64,000 nt of DNA from an uncultured Actinomycetes bacterium (GCA_963824995.1 CAWGRK010000010.1:1-64000); one strand, 5' to 3'. Shown: positions 1 to 10,139, numbered from the stretch's first letter. Numbers and translations are program-made. The notes: generated by a model from the sequence alone, not told the origin.

Positions 1-2
1 GG

Positions 3-602
3 CTACAGGTATCCCATTTCCTGGGCCTTGGCGAACGCCTCGGTACGGTTTCTGGCCCCGAGCTTGACGATGGCGGATGACAGGTAGTTGCGTACGGTTC
101 CTTCGGCGAGGTGGAGCCTTTGCGCGATCTCCACGTTGGGATGTCCTTCACCGACCTCTCGCAGGACTTCTCGCTCCCGGTCAGTGAGTGGGTCGCTGCC
201 GGTCCATGCGGACACTGCGAGCTCCGGGGCGATCACACGATTGCCTGCTGCCACCCGCCGGAGGGTGTCGGCTAGATCTTCGATGGGTGAGTCTTTGAGG
301 ACGTATCCAGACACCCCGGCATCGAGCGCCCGCCGCAGATAGCCGCTTCGGGCGAAGGTGGTCACGATTACGACTCGGACCGTCGGATGGTCCTTGAGAC
401 GAGAAGCCAGCTCGAGTCCCGTCATTCCTGGCATTTCGATGTCGGTGAGAAGGATGTCCGGCTCATGCTCTGCGACAGCTGCCAAACCCTGCTCGCCATC
501 TTCGGCGACAGCGACTACCTCGATGTCCGGTTCGAGGTCGAGGAGTCCCGCAAAGGCTCCTCGCACCATGGCCTGGTCTTCGGCGAGGACGACGCGGATC
601 AT
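3..602 (-). CDS. NarL/LuxR-family response regulator (DesR-like)
   Basis: REC domain (LAEDQ...LLTDIEMPG...VTTF...LKD) plus C-terminal LuxR HTH (LTDREREVL...GTVRNYLS). Confidence 0.95.
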   Translation of the reverse strand: MIRVVLAEDQAMVRGAFAGLLDLEPDIEVVAVAEDGEQGLAAVAEHEPDILLTDIEMPGMTGLELASRLKDHPTVRVVIVTTFARSGYLRRALDAGVSGYVLKDSPIEDLADTLRRVAAGNRVIAPELAVSAWTGSDPLTDREREVLREVGEGHPNVEIAQRLHLAEGTVRNYLSSAIVKLGARNRTEAFAKAQEMGYL

Positions 603-1721
603 GAAGAACTTCCACCGAATGGCATGTCGATCCGTAGCTCTGTCCCGCCTGTCACTCCGGGTCCGAACGTGAGGGTTCCCCCTGCGGCGATCACACGTTC
701 GCGCATGCCCTGAATTCCCGAGCCGGTTCCCTTGGTGGGTCCGATCCCGTCGTCAGTCACCGTTAGTGATACTCCCCCGTCCTGGCTGTCGATTCGGGCC
801 TCCACCGTGCCAGCGTTGGCATGGCGCAGAACATTGGTGACCGCCTCGCGAAGTCCCAACGCCAGAACGTTCTCGACCGAGGGTGCCAGATCGACCTCCA
901 AGTCTCCGAGCGTCTCCAACTCGGTGCCTGCCGCTGCGAGCGCATCGCGGGCAACGGCGAGCTCGTCGAGCAGCGACGCCTGATGCCATCCAGCAACGCT
1001 TTCCCTGATCGAAGACAGTGCATCGCGAGCTATGCGTTCCACCTCATCGGCTTCCTCTGTGGCGCGACGCTGGTCCGACGGGGCCAGTCTTTGGACGAGT
1101 TGGCTTCGCACGATGATGGCGGTGAGGGCCTGGCCTGCGATGTCGTGGACGTCGCGAGCGATCCGTTCCCGCTCGGCGATGGTGGCGAGATGAGCGACTC
1201 GGCGGTTCTCAGCCCGGAGCGCGACCGCGCGATGGTCCCGTGACACATCATGGAAGACGGCGGATCCAATGACCCAGATCATGATCACCGGGATGAATAT
1301 GAAGATCCGAAACGGCCAAGGGATCGAACTCAGGAAGAAGCCGGTCAGAGTGAGGACGGTGATCACCGACAGTCTGAGTCGGAGCGTCTCCTGAGTGGCT
1401 GACCTGGCAACGAGAGCGGCGGCGTAGATGGGCAGCGCCATGATCGCTGTCGAGTCGAAGGGTGCTGTCGCCGAGTGCCAGCAGCATCAGGACAGTTGCT
1501 CCCCCGATATCCCAACCTCGTATTTCCGAGACGACAAAGGTGGGGAGGGCGACGGCAACCACTCCGACCGCGAGGACCCAATCCTCGGGACCGGCGTCGG
1601 GGGAGAAGATCGGTCCGATGAGGATGAATGCGAAGAAGACCAGGGGTGCCCAACGCGAGAAACCGGAACGCCTCGTGTCGAGGCGTTCCGAGTTCGCGAG
1701 TCTGACTGTCGTATCGTTCAC
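599..1721 (-). CDS. Membrane sensor histidine kinase, HisKA_3 (DesK-like); one frameshift near 1470
   Basis: TM helices, H-box ERERIARDVHD, N-box EAVTNVLRH, DDGIG, GSGIQGMRER. The N-terminus lies in ORF 1248..1883, with a GTG start overlapping the permease stop. Confidence 0.88.
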
Positions 1722-2440
1722 ACTTCCGCGGAACGGTACGCCAACGCTGCTGCGATCGCTCCCACGATCGTTGTTCCCACGAGATAGGCGACGTGACCCC
1801 ACACTGCTCCGCCTTCGACCTGCGCCAGCGCCAGTTGTGCCAGGTGATAGGGCGGGAGGTACACCGCGATTTCTCCGAGCCACGTCGGGAGCATCTCGAG
1901 CGGGAACCAGAGGCCTGAGAGAATCACCGAAGGAATGAGCACCGCGTTGAGCACCGACGTTGCGGCGTTGGGACTGAACCTCGCCCCAACAGCCAGGGAG
2001 AACAGGCTGAATGGCAAGGCTCCGAGTACCAGCACACCGATGACACGCAGGACCTGCAGGACGTCCAGAGGTCCAGCGGTGAGACGGGCGACCAGGGTTA
2101 TCCCTGCCAGGGTGACGATCGCATACGGCAGTGCTGCCGTGACTTTGGCGGACAGCGTCACGCCAAGCGGCGTGCCGTCCGCTCTCTTGACGCGGAGCCA
2201 GCCTCGCTCTCTGGCGTCGGCGAGGCCGATACCCGGGTTCATCAGGACCACGGACAGCACACCAAACGCCCCGTAGGTGGCCAACGACTCAACGCCGAAG
2301 CCTCCCTCGTCGCCGAACATCGTTGCGAACAGTGCAAAGAATGCCACTGGCATCAGCACCGTGAAGAAGAGAGCGGTTGGCTCCCTGACGATTCCCAAAA
2401 GCTCGTCTCTCACCTCTGTGCGAAAGATTCTTGTGTTCAT
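1718..2440 (-). CDS. ABC-2 type transporter permease
   Basis: Six hydrophobic segments, RERGWLRVKR and SGLWFPLEMLP motifs; coupled to an ABC ATPase. Confidence 0.92.
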   Translation of the reverse strand: MNTRIFRTEVRDELLGIVREPTALFFTVLMPVAFFALFATMFGDEGGFGVESLATYGAFGVLSVVLMNPGIGLADARERGWLRVKRADGTPLGVTLSAKVTAALPYAIVTLAGITLVARLTAGPLDVLQVLRVIGVLVLGALPFSLFSLAVGARFSPNAATSVLNAVLIPSVILSGLWFPLEMLPTWLGEIAVYLPPYHLAQLALAQVEGGAVWGHVAYLVGTTIVGAIAAALAYRSAEV

Positions 2441-3333
2441 GCGGCTACCTCCTCATGGTGGGTCAGTGCGACGAGGACCTCTTCGAGGCTCGCCGTCGCC
2501 ACGGTCAAATCGTTGGCCTCGGGGTCGAGGTCGAGCAGCGTGCTGACGACCTGCTCACTGTCGGTCGCTGCGATCACGGTGCGGCCGTCACGAAGCTCCA
2601 CCGAGTGCACCGAGTCGAGCGCTCTGATCACACTCACCGGTACCTTCGTCTGGACTTCGATCCGACGGTCGGGGAGCGTCCGACGCAGCTCGTCTGGCGT
2701 CCCTTCCGCGACTACTCGTCCGCGATCAACCACGACGACCCGATCGGCGACTGCGGCCGCCTCGTCCACGAGATGCGTCGTGATGAGCACACCGGCTCCG
2801 TTGTCGAGACGCCGCCGAATCGTGTTCCAGAACCGACGCCGTGCCTCCACATCGAGTCCTTCGGTGGGCTCGTCCAGTACCAGCAGAACCGGATCGGCAA
2901 CAAGCCCCATCGCGAGCTGCAACCGCTGCTGCTGTCCGCCGGAGAGCTTGGCCGCCCGCCGTTTCTCCAGGCCGGCCAGGCCCATCTCGGCGATGGCTTG
3001 GCTGGCTGCTTCCGGGGGACAACCCCGGCGGGCGGCCGCACCGCCGACGATCTCACCGACGGTGAGTGACCGCGGAAAACCGACCGCCTGCTGGACGACA
3101 CCGAGCCTGCGGCGGGTCTCGGCGCTACGAGGGTTGCCACCTGCCACCTCGATGAGGTCGGCGTTGCCTTCGATCAACCCGATCACATTGCGGACGAGGG
3201 TCGTCTTACCGGCCCCATTTGGGCCGAGAAGTGCGACACACTCCCCCGCCTTGACAGTCAGATCGACTCCGGCGAGAGCCGTGTGGTCACCGTATCGGTG
3301 AACGAGACCTCGTACTTCGAGCACATGTTCCAT
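2437..3333 (-). CDS. ABC transporter ATP-binding protein
   Basis: Walker A GPNGAGKT, signature LSGGQ, Walker B LVLDEPT; GGAGG RBS upstream. Confidence 0.96.
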   Translation of the reverse strand: MEHVLEVRGLVHRYGDHTALAGVDLTVKAGECVALLGPNGAGKTTLVRNVIGLIEGNADLIEVAGGNPRSAETRRRLGVVQQAVGFPRSLTVGEIVGGAAARRGCPPEAASQAIAEMGLAGLEKRRAAKLSGGQQQRLQLAMGLVADPVLLVLDEPTEGLDVEARRRFWNTIRRRLDNGAGVLITTHLVDEAAAVADRVVVVDRGRVVAEGTPDELRRTLPDRRIEVQTKVPVSVIRALDSVHSVELRDGRTVIAATDSEQVVSTLLDLDPEANDLTVATASLEEVLVALTHHEEVAA

Positions 3334-3407
3334 CTACTACCTCCTTCGACACCGATCATGCGGAACGACCGGTGCGACGGGTAGTGAGATCGATCACGAA
3401 CTCGATG

Positions 3408-3419
3408 TGACAGATGTCA
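3408..3419. promoter_or_regulatory. Palindrome TGACAGATGTCA, candidate response-regulator site upstream of the ABC/TCS operon
   Basis: Perfect TGACA-N2-TGTCA inverted repeat about 75 bp upstream of the ABC ATPase start. Confidence 0.55.
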
Positions 3420-3479
3420 TCCAGATCAAGCCAGGCCCTGCCAGACCCGAGACTTGATTAGAAGATGTTCGGATCTCTC

Positions 3480-3723
3480 GGAGCACCTCGTCTCCAGAGA
3501 GGTGTTCAGCGTGGGCAATTCTGTAGCAAACCTGTGGCGCGTCGGATAGCCGGATCGTGTATGCAGCAGGTGTTCGTGCTCGCCGATATCGCCCTGACCA
3601 TGGTGTTGTGGAACTGACGGGATTTGAACCCGTGACCCCCCTCGTTGCGAAAGATGCGGTCAAACAGCTCGACCAGGGGTTACAGGCTCCTCGGAGGTTC
3701 TTGTGGACCGGTTGTGGGGCGAG
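3480..3723 (-). mobile_element. attP-like unit 1: tRNA-Ala(CGC) 3'-half core (3608-3651) flanked by TGTGG-type direct repeats
   Basis: Minus strand reads TTCGCAACGAGGGGGGTCACGGGTTCAAATCCCGTCAGTTCCAC (anticodon loop, T-arm, acceptor 3' strand) with no 5' half. The flanks are homologous to 11303-11563. Confidence 0.75.
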
Positions 3724-3853
3724 CGATGTGCGATATGACCAGTCCGGCTGAGAGCAAGGTCGGTGCTAGCGGATCTGGGTCTATACGGGGCCTGGGACGC
3801 TAAAACGTCAGGCCCAAGGCCGGGATCACGGGCGCCCGCATAGTCTGGCTGCC

Positions 3854-5410
3854 GTGCATGACCGAGCCAAGTCGCTGGTTCGTTCGGTCAGACCGAAGGA
3901 AACAAGCGGCGTGTCCCGACGACAAGGGATTGCGCTGGCTGCTGTGCCTGCTGGCTTGCTCGGTGTTCTCGCAGTTTGGTCCCAGGCTGACGTCGCTGGC
4001 TCGTCGCTCTGGCTGATCGCCATTGACATCACCGTCGGGCTGGCCTTCATCGTCAGCGCCATGCTTTCTCCCGCGGCGACGCGTGAGCGGCTGCTGTTCG
4101 GATCGGTCGGCTCCCTGTGGCTGCTCGGGTCGGTGTTCCCCGCCGCCGGCCTGACGCACCAGGCCGTTCTCGCCATCGCCCTTCTCGCTTTTCCCTCAGG
4201 CAGGCTCGCCGGGATCGTTCGCTGGATCCTGGCCGGTCTGGCTGTGCCGCTTGCATTCGGTCTCATTCCACAGCCCGGCGTGGCCGTGCTCTTGGCAACA
4301 ATCGGCCTGGTCGCCGCCCGAGGATCCGCCCTGGGGAGATTCCCCGCCGCATCTGCCATAACGCTGGCGGTGGTGCTCGCAGGTTCTTGGTGGCTTTCCC
4401 GCGGCACCGCCGTCGGATACAACCCCCAACTGGCGCTGGTCGCATACCAGGCAACGTTGCTCATGATCGCGGCCGCCTTCCCGTTCGCCGCCCGCGAGGC
4501 CATAGCGAGCCGGGCCAGGGTCGTTGATCGGATCCTTGGTGAGGAGACAACGGCCGGGCTCGCAGGGTTCGGGGTCGTGTTGGCGGACGCCCTCAGGGAC
4601 CCGAGCATTCAGGTCCTCCGGCCCGAAGACGCTCCAGCATCATCCCGGAACCGGCTGGAGGTATCAGATGCAGGGTCGCTCGTAGCGGTGATCGACTATT
4701 CGGCACCCACCCTGGACGACCCGACCATCGCCGAAGCCGTCGCCTCGGCGGTGCGCATCGCCGTACGACGGGAACAACTCGAACGAGAACTCGGAGCCCA
4801 GCTCTTCGACCTCGAATCGGCCAGGGCCCGCTTGGTGGCTGTCGCCGACCGTCAAAGGGAAGCAACGGCCAACAGGCTTAGGAAGGACGTAGTGACTCCA
4901 TTACGGCAAGCCACTTCGGACCTGGAGGAGGCAAGGGCGAGGGTGGAGGATGGGGAAGCCAGCGATGCCCTCGGGATCGTCGTCACTGAACTGAACACGG
5001 CCCAAACAGAGCTGATGGGGTTGGTGTCAGGCATCCCTTCCAGCCGACTAGGCGGCGGTCGACTGCGGGATGCGATCCGGGCCATGGCCCAGCGGAGCGG
5101 TATCCCTGTCGAAGTCACAGCCGCGCCTATCGAAGCGGACGTGGACACGGAGACCACGCTTTTCTACGTATGCTCGGAAGCGTTGGCCAATGCCATCAAG
5201 CACGCCGGCGCCCACAGAATCGACATTGTTCTCGTCGAGGAAGGCGACCTCATCGCCCTCAAGATCTCCGACGATGGTCGAGGCGGTGCCGACCCTTCCG
5301 GCACCGGACTAAAGGGTTTGGCCGATCGGGTCGCCAGTCGGGGGGGCCGGCTCCGAGTCGATAGTCCGCCCGGAGCCGGCACCACGGTCACGACGACCCT
5401 GCCCCGCTAA
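3854..5410 (+). CDS. Membrane histidine-kinase-like protein with intact HATPase but no phospho-acceptor His
   Basis: Multiple TMs; EALANAIKHA, DDGRGG, GTGLKGLADRV present. The H-box position reads ADRQREATANRLRKDVV. Start may be GTG 3911. Confidence 0.88.
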   Translation: MHDRAKSLVRSVRPKETSGVSRRQGIALAAVPAGLLGVLAVWSQADVAGSSLWLIAIDITVGLAFIVSAMLSPAATRERLLFGSVGSLWLLGSVFPAAGLTHQAVLAIALLAFPSGRLAGIVRWILAGLAVPLAFGLIPQPGVAVLLATIGLVAARGSALGRFPAASAITLAVVLAGSWWLSRGTAVGYNPQLALVAYQATLLMIAAAFPFAAREAIASRARVVDRILGEETTAGLAGFGVVLADALRDPSIQVLRPEDAPASSRNRLEVSDAGSLVAVIDYSAPTLDDPTIAEAVASAVRIAVRREQLERELGAQLFDLESARARLVAVADRQREATANRLRKDVVTPLRQATSDLEEARARVEDGEASDALGIVVTELNTAQTELMGLVSGIPSSRLGGGRLRDAIRAMAQRSGIPVEVTAAPIEADVDTETTLFYVCSEALANAIKHAGAHRIDIVLVEEGDLIALKISDDGRGGADPSGTGLKGLADRVASRGGRLRVDSPPGAGTTVTTTLPR

Positions 5411-6960
5411 TCGATCTTGCGCCAGGGCTCGATCAGCTTCTCCCCCGCCCAGGTGTCCACTGACGCGCCGCCCTGGAGGTCGCTGAAAATGATGTCGTCG
5501 CCGTCCACCTCCCAGATCATGGAGTAGGTCGGGACGGGGAAGCAGGGCGGCTCGCAACCGCTCAGCTCCGAATGAACCTCCGCGTCGTAGACGAAGTAGA
5601 CGACGCCATCGCTGCCCCGCAGGTAGCCGGCGTCTAGCACCGAGTCGAACGTGACGACGTCGTCGAATGTGATGTTCCCGCAGTCCTTGCCGGGACGATC
5701 CAAGGGGCGACAGGTCATCGCATAGGTTCCGTCCTCGATCAGCAGAGACCACACGCCGGACCATCCCGACGCGTTGTTGTGGCCGGCCGAAATCACGTCC
5801 GCCTCGGACACTTCAACCCGGTAGAGCCCGTTGGGAATCTCTGCCACGTCGGCGGGGGGCGTTTCCGGCCGCGCCTCGGCTTCCGTCGTCGTCTGCGAGC
5901 ATTTCGCGGCGACATCCGGCACATAGGTCCCTCCGGACCCGGCGGCGACGGCCTGGATCCGTGCCAGAATTGGCCCGATCTCAGGGTCTCCGGCCATCTG
6001 GTCGATGACCGGAGCCAGCAGATCGCCCAGCCCAGCGACTTGCTCGGGAGTGGCTTCCAGGAAGCGCATCCCCGACTCGCAGAGCTGCATTGCCGGCGTG
6101 GTCTCGTCGTAATCGGCCTCGACTGATGCCTGGACCCCTCGCTCGGCGGCCTCACGGACCCAAGTCTGCTGTTCTTCGGTCAATGCCGCGAAACGTGACT
6201 CGCTGATGCTCAAGACGAACATCTTGGGCCAGAGGACGACGTTGGAGGTCACGTTCCCGACCTCGGTGGTGTAGCCGTTGGCCTGGTACTGGGGTATGTC
6301 GAACTCGACCCCTTGCAGCTCTCCCGCGAGGATCTGCTCCCGCCACTCGAACCCGACGTTCACCGGCTCAGCTCCCAACGCCTTGATCGCGTCGGTCTGA
6401 ACCGGTGAGTTGAAGACCCGGAAGCGGGCGCCGGCCCAGTCTTGGGGATCGACAAGTGGAGTGCTGGCGAACGGGCGCCGCAATGGCCCGACACTCAAAC
6501 CGAGCCCGACCACTCCGGACCCATCCAAACTCTGCAGCATCTCCTCGGCAGCCAAGTCAGAAACCAGAGCTTTCTGCGCCTCATAGCTGGTGATCGTCAT
6601 CGGCGCCTCCACCGCCTCCAGACCGGCGATGCCGGCTTCCGAGAAAGCCCGGGTCGAGGGCCAGCCGCCATCGATCTCTCCCGATGCGATCCCGGCCACC
6701 AATTTCGACTCGGCATCCGCCGCCCCATCACCGTAGGTGTCATTCACCTCGACTTGCAGCCGGCCCTCCGAGACCTCACCCAAAGCTTCGACAAATGCCT
6801 GCACTCCATAGGACTGGCCGTTGCTGTTGACCCCATCGATCGAGGCCAGCTGCAGCACCACGGTGTCTCCCCCGGCTTTGTCCACGTTCTCGGCGGAACA
6901 CGCCGCAAATAGGCCCACCACGACGATCGTTGCCCAGGTCCTGCGCGACATCGCCTTCAT
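5407..6960 (-). CDS. TRAP (DctP-like) substrate-binding lipoprotein with C-terminal extension
   Basis: Lipobox LFAAC; FVEALGEVSEGRLQVEV, DWAGARFRVFNSP, ALGAEPV, LTEEQQTWVREAA; extra domain of about 150 aa. Confidence 0.85.
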   Translation of the reverse strand: MKAMSRRTWATIVVVGLFAACSAENVDKAGGDTVVLQLASIDGVNSNGQSYGVQAFVEALGEVSEGRLQVEVNDTYGDGAADAESKLVAGIASGEIDGGWPSTRAFSEAGIAGLEAVEAPMTITSYEAQKALVSDLAAEEMLQSLDGSGVVGLGLSVGPLRRPFASTPLVDPQDWAGARFRVFNSPVQTDAIKALGAEPVNVGFEWREQILAGELQGVEFDIPQYQANGYTTEVGNVTSNVVLWPKMFVLSISESRFAALTEEQQTWVREAAERGVQASVEADYDETTPAMQLCESGMRFLEATPEQVAGLGDLLAPVIDQMAGDPEIGPILARIQAVAAGSGGTYVPDVAAKCSQTTTEAEARPETPPADVAEIPNGLYRVEVSEADVISAGHNNASGWSGVWSLLIEDGTYAMTCRPLDRPGKDCGNITFDDVVTFDSVLDAGYLRGSDGVVYFVYDAEVHSELSGCEPPCFPVPTYSMIWEVDGDDIIFSDLQGGASVDTWAGEKLIEPWRKID

Positions 6961-7089
6961 CGTCTCTCCTATCGCCGACACTCGCCCAAAGGTATGGGCG
7001 CGGCCAGCATGTGCCCAGCGTGCCAGCTCAGTGGTGATCTGAGGAAAACACGGATGCGCCGGGCAACCGTAGGTGAGTTGAATTGCGTC

Positions 7090-8790
7090 ATGACGGAGGT
7101 CCAGCGACCACGGCGCTACTTGCGGGTGGGAGTCTGGACGGCAACCGTCCTGGTCTCGGTCCTGGCAGTGGCGAGTTTCCTGTCGGCGACACAAGGCGGC
7201 ATCCTCGCTTCACTCGGTCGAGAGCCCGCGGTTGGGGCCGTGGTTTTAGCGATGGCCGGTCTGATCCAGGTCTCGTTGGCGGCCTGGATGGTGGCGAATC
7301 GGCATCCAATGGCATCGATCGGCCTGGCAGTTCTCGGCGCCGCCATCACGTTGCCTTGGTGGTCCGTGTGGTCCGCCCTTCCCGACGGAGTGAGTGCGAA
7401 GCTCCTCGCCTTGGCGCCGCTGGCCTTGCCGGGAACAGCCCAAGTAGCCCTTCGCTGGTCGGCGGAACGACCGGCATCGCCGGTACTCAGCTGGGTGTAC
7501 GTCATGACCGTGGCGGCTTCGCTGACCCTGCTCGTCGGATACAACCCGTTCGATGACCCGGGTTGCGGATGGGTGTGCGTCGACGTCCCGGCGACGGCGC
7601 GGGACCTGATCTCCACGCGCGGGTCGGTGCTGGTGACCGCCTTGATCACGACCGTGGCGGCGGGACTCGTCGTCCGCTCTATGACCCAGGTCCAACCAAG
7701 AGTCGCACCACGATTGTTGGGCGACGCGGTGATGGTGTCCCTTGGCCTCCTTGTCGGCTATTGGGTCATCCGCTGGGCCAACTGGGGAGAGCAATCCGGA
7801 GAGGCTCTGATCCTGCCTTTCGTCGCACAAGCCGTGGTTGGCGGCGCGGTCATCGCTGTGACCATCCGTTCGAGGAGAACCCGCGAAGCCGTGACCCGAA
7901 CCATTGCCAGACTGAACGAGGCTGAGGCGGTGCTTGGTGACAAGGAGTCGGCCCTGGTCGGAGTTCTGTTCGCTCTCCCCGAGGGCGACGGTTGGGTTGA
8001 TTCAGCGGGTCTGCCGGTCAAAGAGAACCTAGAGCACGAACGCTTTGTAACAGTCTCCGACAGCAAAGGGCCCCTGCTCCGCATGCCAATCGAGCGCGGA
8101 CGCGATCCCGTTGACGTCCTCGATGCGCTGACCCCGGCAGCGCGTCTGTCGTTGAAGAACACGCAGCTGTCCGCCATCACCCGGGCCCGTATGGCAGAAG
8201 TCCGAGCTTCGCAGGCACGGGTGGTGGCTGCATCTGACACCGAACGGCGACGAATCGAACGGGACCTGCACGACGGCGCACAGCAGCGGCTGGTCAGCGC
8301 GGCCCTCTACTTGAGTGTCGCCCGCACCCGCCTCGCCCCTGAGCTCGCCGCGCTGGACCGCGCCGAAACGTCGCTGCTGGACGCTTTGCATGAGTTGCGC
8401 CGTCTCGCCCATGGGACGTTTCCCGACAGCCTCGAGACCGAAGGCTTGGGGACGGCTTTGCAGCAGCTCGCCGCCGACTCCCACGTTCCAATAGCCCTGG
8501 ACATCGACGGCATCGGGCTTCTTTCACCAGACGTAGCGCGGGCCATTTACACGACTGCGGCCACCGCGGTCCTGGCCGCGGAGGTGTTGCCTCCTGCCGC
8601 GATGGTGCGCATGATGGCGGTGACGAACTCCGACTCCGTTCGATTCTCGGTACAGATTCAGCGGGACACGATCGATAGTCTCCCCGACTTTTCCGATGTC
8701 AAGGACAGAGTCGGCTCTCTGGGCGGGACATCCACGATCTCCACGACCGGCGAAGGTGCCTCGATCGAGGTGGTGCTCCCATGCGGGTAG
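7090..8790 (+). CDS. Membrane histidine-kinase-like protein with intact H-box but degenerate ATPase domain
   Basis: About 8 TMs; ERRRIERDLHDGAQQRL; no N-box or DxGxG. Start uncertain (6994, 7054 or 7090). Confidence 0.87.
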   Translation: MTEVQRPRRYLRVGVWTATVLVSVLAVASFLSATQGGILASLGREPAVGAVVLAMAGLIQVSLAAWMVANRHPMASIGLAVLGAAITLPWWSVWSALPDGVSAKLLALAPLALPGTAQVALRWSAERPASPVLSWVYVMTVAASLTLLVGYNPFDDPGCGWVCVDVPATARDLISTRGSVLVTALITTVAAGLVVRSMTQVQPRVAPRLLGDAVMVSLGLLVGYWVIRWANWGEQSGEALILPFVAQAVVGGAVIAVTIRSRRTREAVTRTIARLNEAEAVLGDKESALVGVLFALPEGDGWVDSAGLPVKENLEHERFVTVSDSKGPLLRMPIERGRDPVDVLDALTPAARLSLKNTQLSAITRARMAEVRASQARVVAASDTERRRIERDLHDGAQQRLVSAALYLSVARTRLAPELAALDRAETSLLDALHELRRLAHGTFPDSLETEGLGTALQQLAADSHVPIALDIDGIGLLSPDVARAIYTTAATAVLAAEVLPPAAMVRMMAVTNSDSVRFSVQIQRDTIDSLPDFSDVKDRVGSLGGTSTISTTGEGASIEVVLPCG

Positions 8791-9425
8791 TCATCGCGGA
8801 CGATGTCATGCTTATTCGCTCCGGTCTGGCCCGATTGCTGGCCGAGGCCGACGTGGAAGTCGCAGCGGAGGTGGGGGATGCCGAGAGTCTGCTGCGGGCC
8901 GTGGCCATCGAAGAACCGGATGTGGCAATAGTCGACATCCGCATGCCGCCCACTCACACCGACGAAGGCCTGATCGCGGCGAGGAAGATTCGGCAAAGCC
9001 ATTCGGGCACCGCAGTGGTGTTGCTCAGCCAGTATCTCGAGCCGCTCTATGCCGAGCGCTTGCTGGCCGATCAGCCGGGTGGGCTGGGTTACCTCCTGAA
9101 GGAACGGGTTTCAGACATAGCCGTCCTGGTCGACGCGTTACACCGGGTGGACGACGGGGAGTGTGTGCTCGACCCAACCATCGTGGCGAGGCTGATGCAG
9201 CGGAGAAAACCAAACTCGCCACTCAACCGGCTCACCCCCCGAGAAAGCGAGACCCTCGCCTCCATGGCGGAGGGACGTTCCAACGCCGGCATCGCCAAAC
9301 AGCTCGGAGTCAGCGAGCGGACGGTGGAAGCCATGTGTGCCCAGGTCTTCCAAAAGCTCGACCTCGCTCCCTCACGAGATGTGAACAGGCGGGTCCTAGC
9401 AGTCTTGACCCTCCTCCGTGGTTGA
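8781..9425 (+). CDS. NarL/LuxR-family response regulator
   Basis: IADD...VDIRMPP...LLSQY...YLLKER receiver domain plus LuxR HTH; overlaps the kinase stop. Confidence 0.96.
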   Translation: MRVVIADDVMLIRSGLARLLAEADVEVAAEVGDAESLLRAVAIEEPDVAIVDIRMPPTHTDEGLIAARKIRQSHSGTAVVLLSQYLEPLYAERLLADQPGGLGYLLKERVSDIAVLVDALHRVDDGECVLDPTIVARLMQRRKPNSPLNRLTPRESETLASMAEGRSNAGIAKQLGVSERTVEAMCAQVFQKLDLAPSRDVNRRVLAVLTLLRG

Positions 9426-9580
9426 AGGTAGTTGATGCCACGCTGCGGCCGACCAGACGACCCATCCCGGCCCCCGCTCTGGACCACGCCCAGAATCGAG
9501 TGTCCACCACACCGGGTCAAGCTCACATATCATTCCTCCTCGTCCTCAATCGTCTTCGGGAGCGTTCGGTGCGTAGACGC

Positions 9581-9982
9581 TCATTTCCAACCCGGGACGC
9601 GCCCCGCTTGCTCGATCCACTTGTGCATCTCCGGTTCCTGCGCCTCCTCCAAGGTCGCCAGCTTGACGTAGCGACTCCGGTCGGTGTCGCCTAGTGGCGG
9701 CTGAGGGTCGAAATCCGCGCCGCCGAAGAAGACGACATTCACCGAGACGTCGTAGGCGACCATCTCGACGATCCACCCGAGGTCTGGTAACCCGTAGTAA
9801 GCCTTCTTCCACTTGATGGCGTACTGAAGCCCGGAGATCATCTCGCGGATCAATTCGTCGACCCCTTTGACGATGGGCTGCAGATCCGGCATCTGGCTCC
9901 GGATCCAATCCTCGATCTCGGCGTGACTCTCCGATGGCACAGGCGGCTTTCGGGTCGTATTTGGCTTGCGTGTTTTCGCCAT
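9581..9982 (-). CDS. DUF1801 (YdhG-like) domain protein
   Basis: DELIREMISGLQYAIKWKKAYYG...SVNVVFFGG...SRYVKL; AGGAG RBS. Confidence 0.8.
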   Translation of the reverse strand: MAKTRKPNTTRKPPVPSESHAEIEDWIRSQMPDLQPIVKGVDELIREMISGLQYAIKWKKAYYGLPDLGWIVEMVAYDVSVNVVFFGGADFDPQPPLGDTDRSRYVKLATLEEAQEPEMHKWIEQAGRVPGWK

Positions 9983-10139
9983 CGCATGTTCTCCTTCTAT
10001 TCGTCAGCCTTTGCCCTCAGGGCGATCTCTGGTTTGAGGTCGACGACAGGTGTGCCGTCGACTGCCTCCATTTCGCTGATCAAATCTGCTGATGGAACCC
10101 AGACATGCTCAGGCATCGTGGTCCAGCCGAGACGGGAGG

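Noticed and set aside
3608..3651. Functional tRNA-Ala genes (also 11449-11491)
   Set aside because: Only the 3' half is present; no D-arm or 5' acceptor strand follows on that strand.
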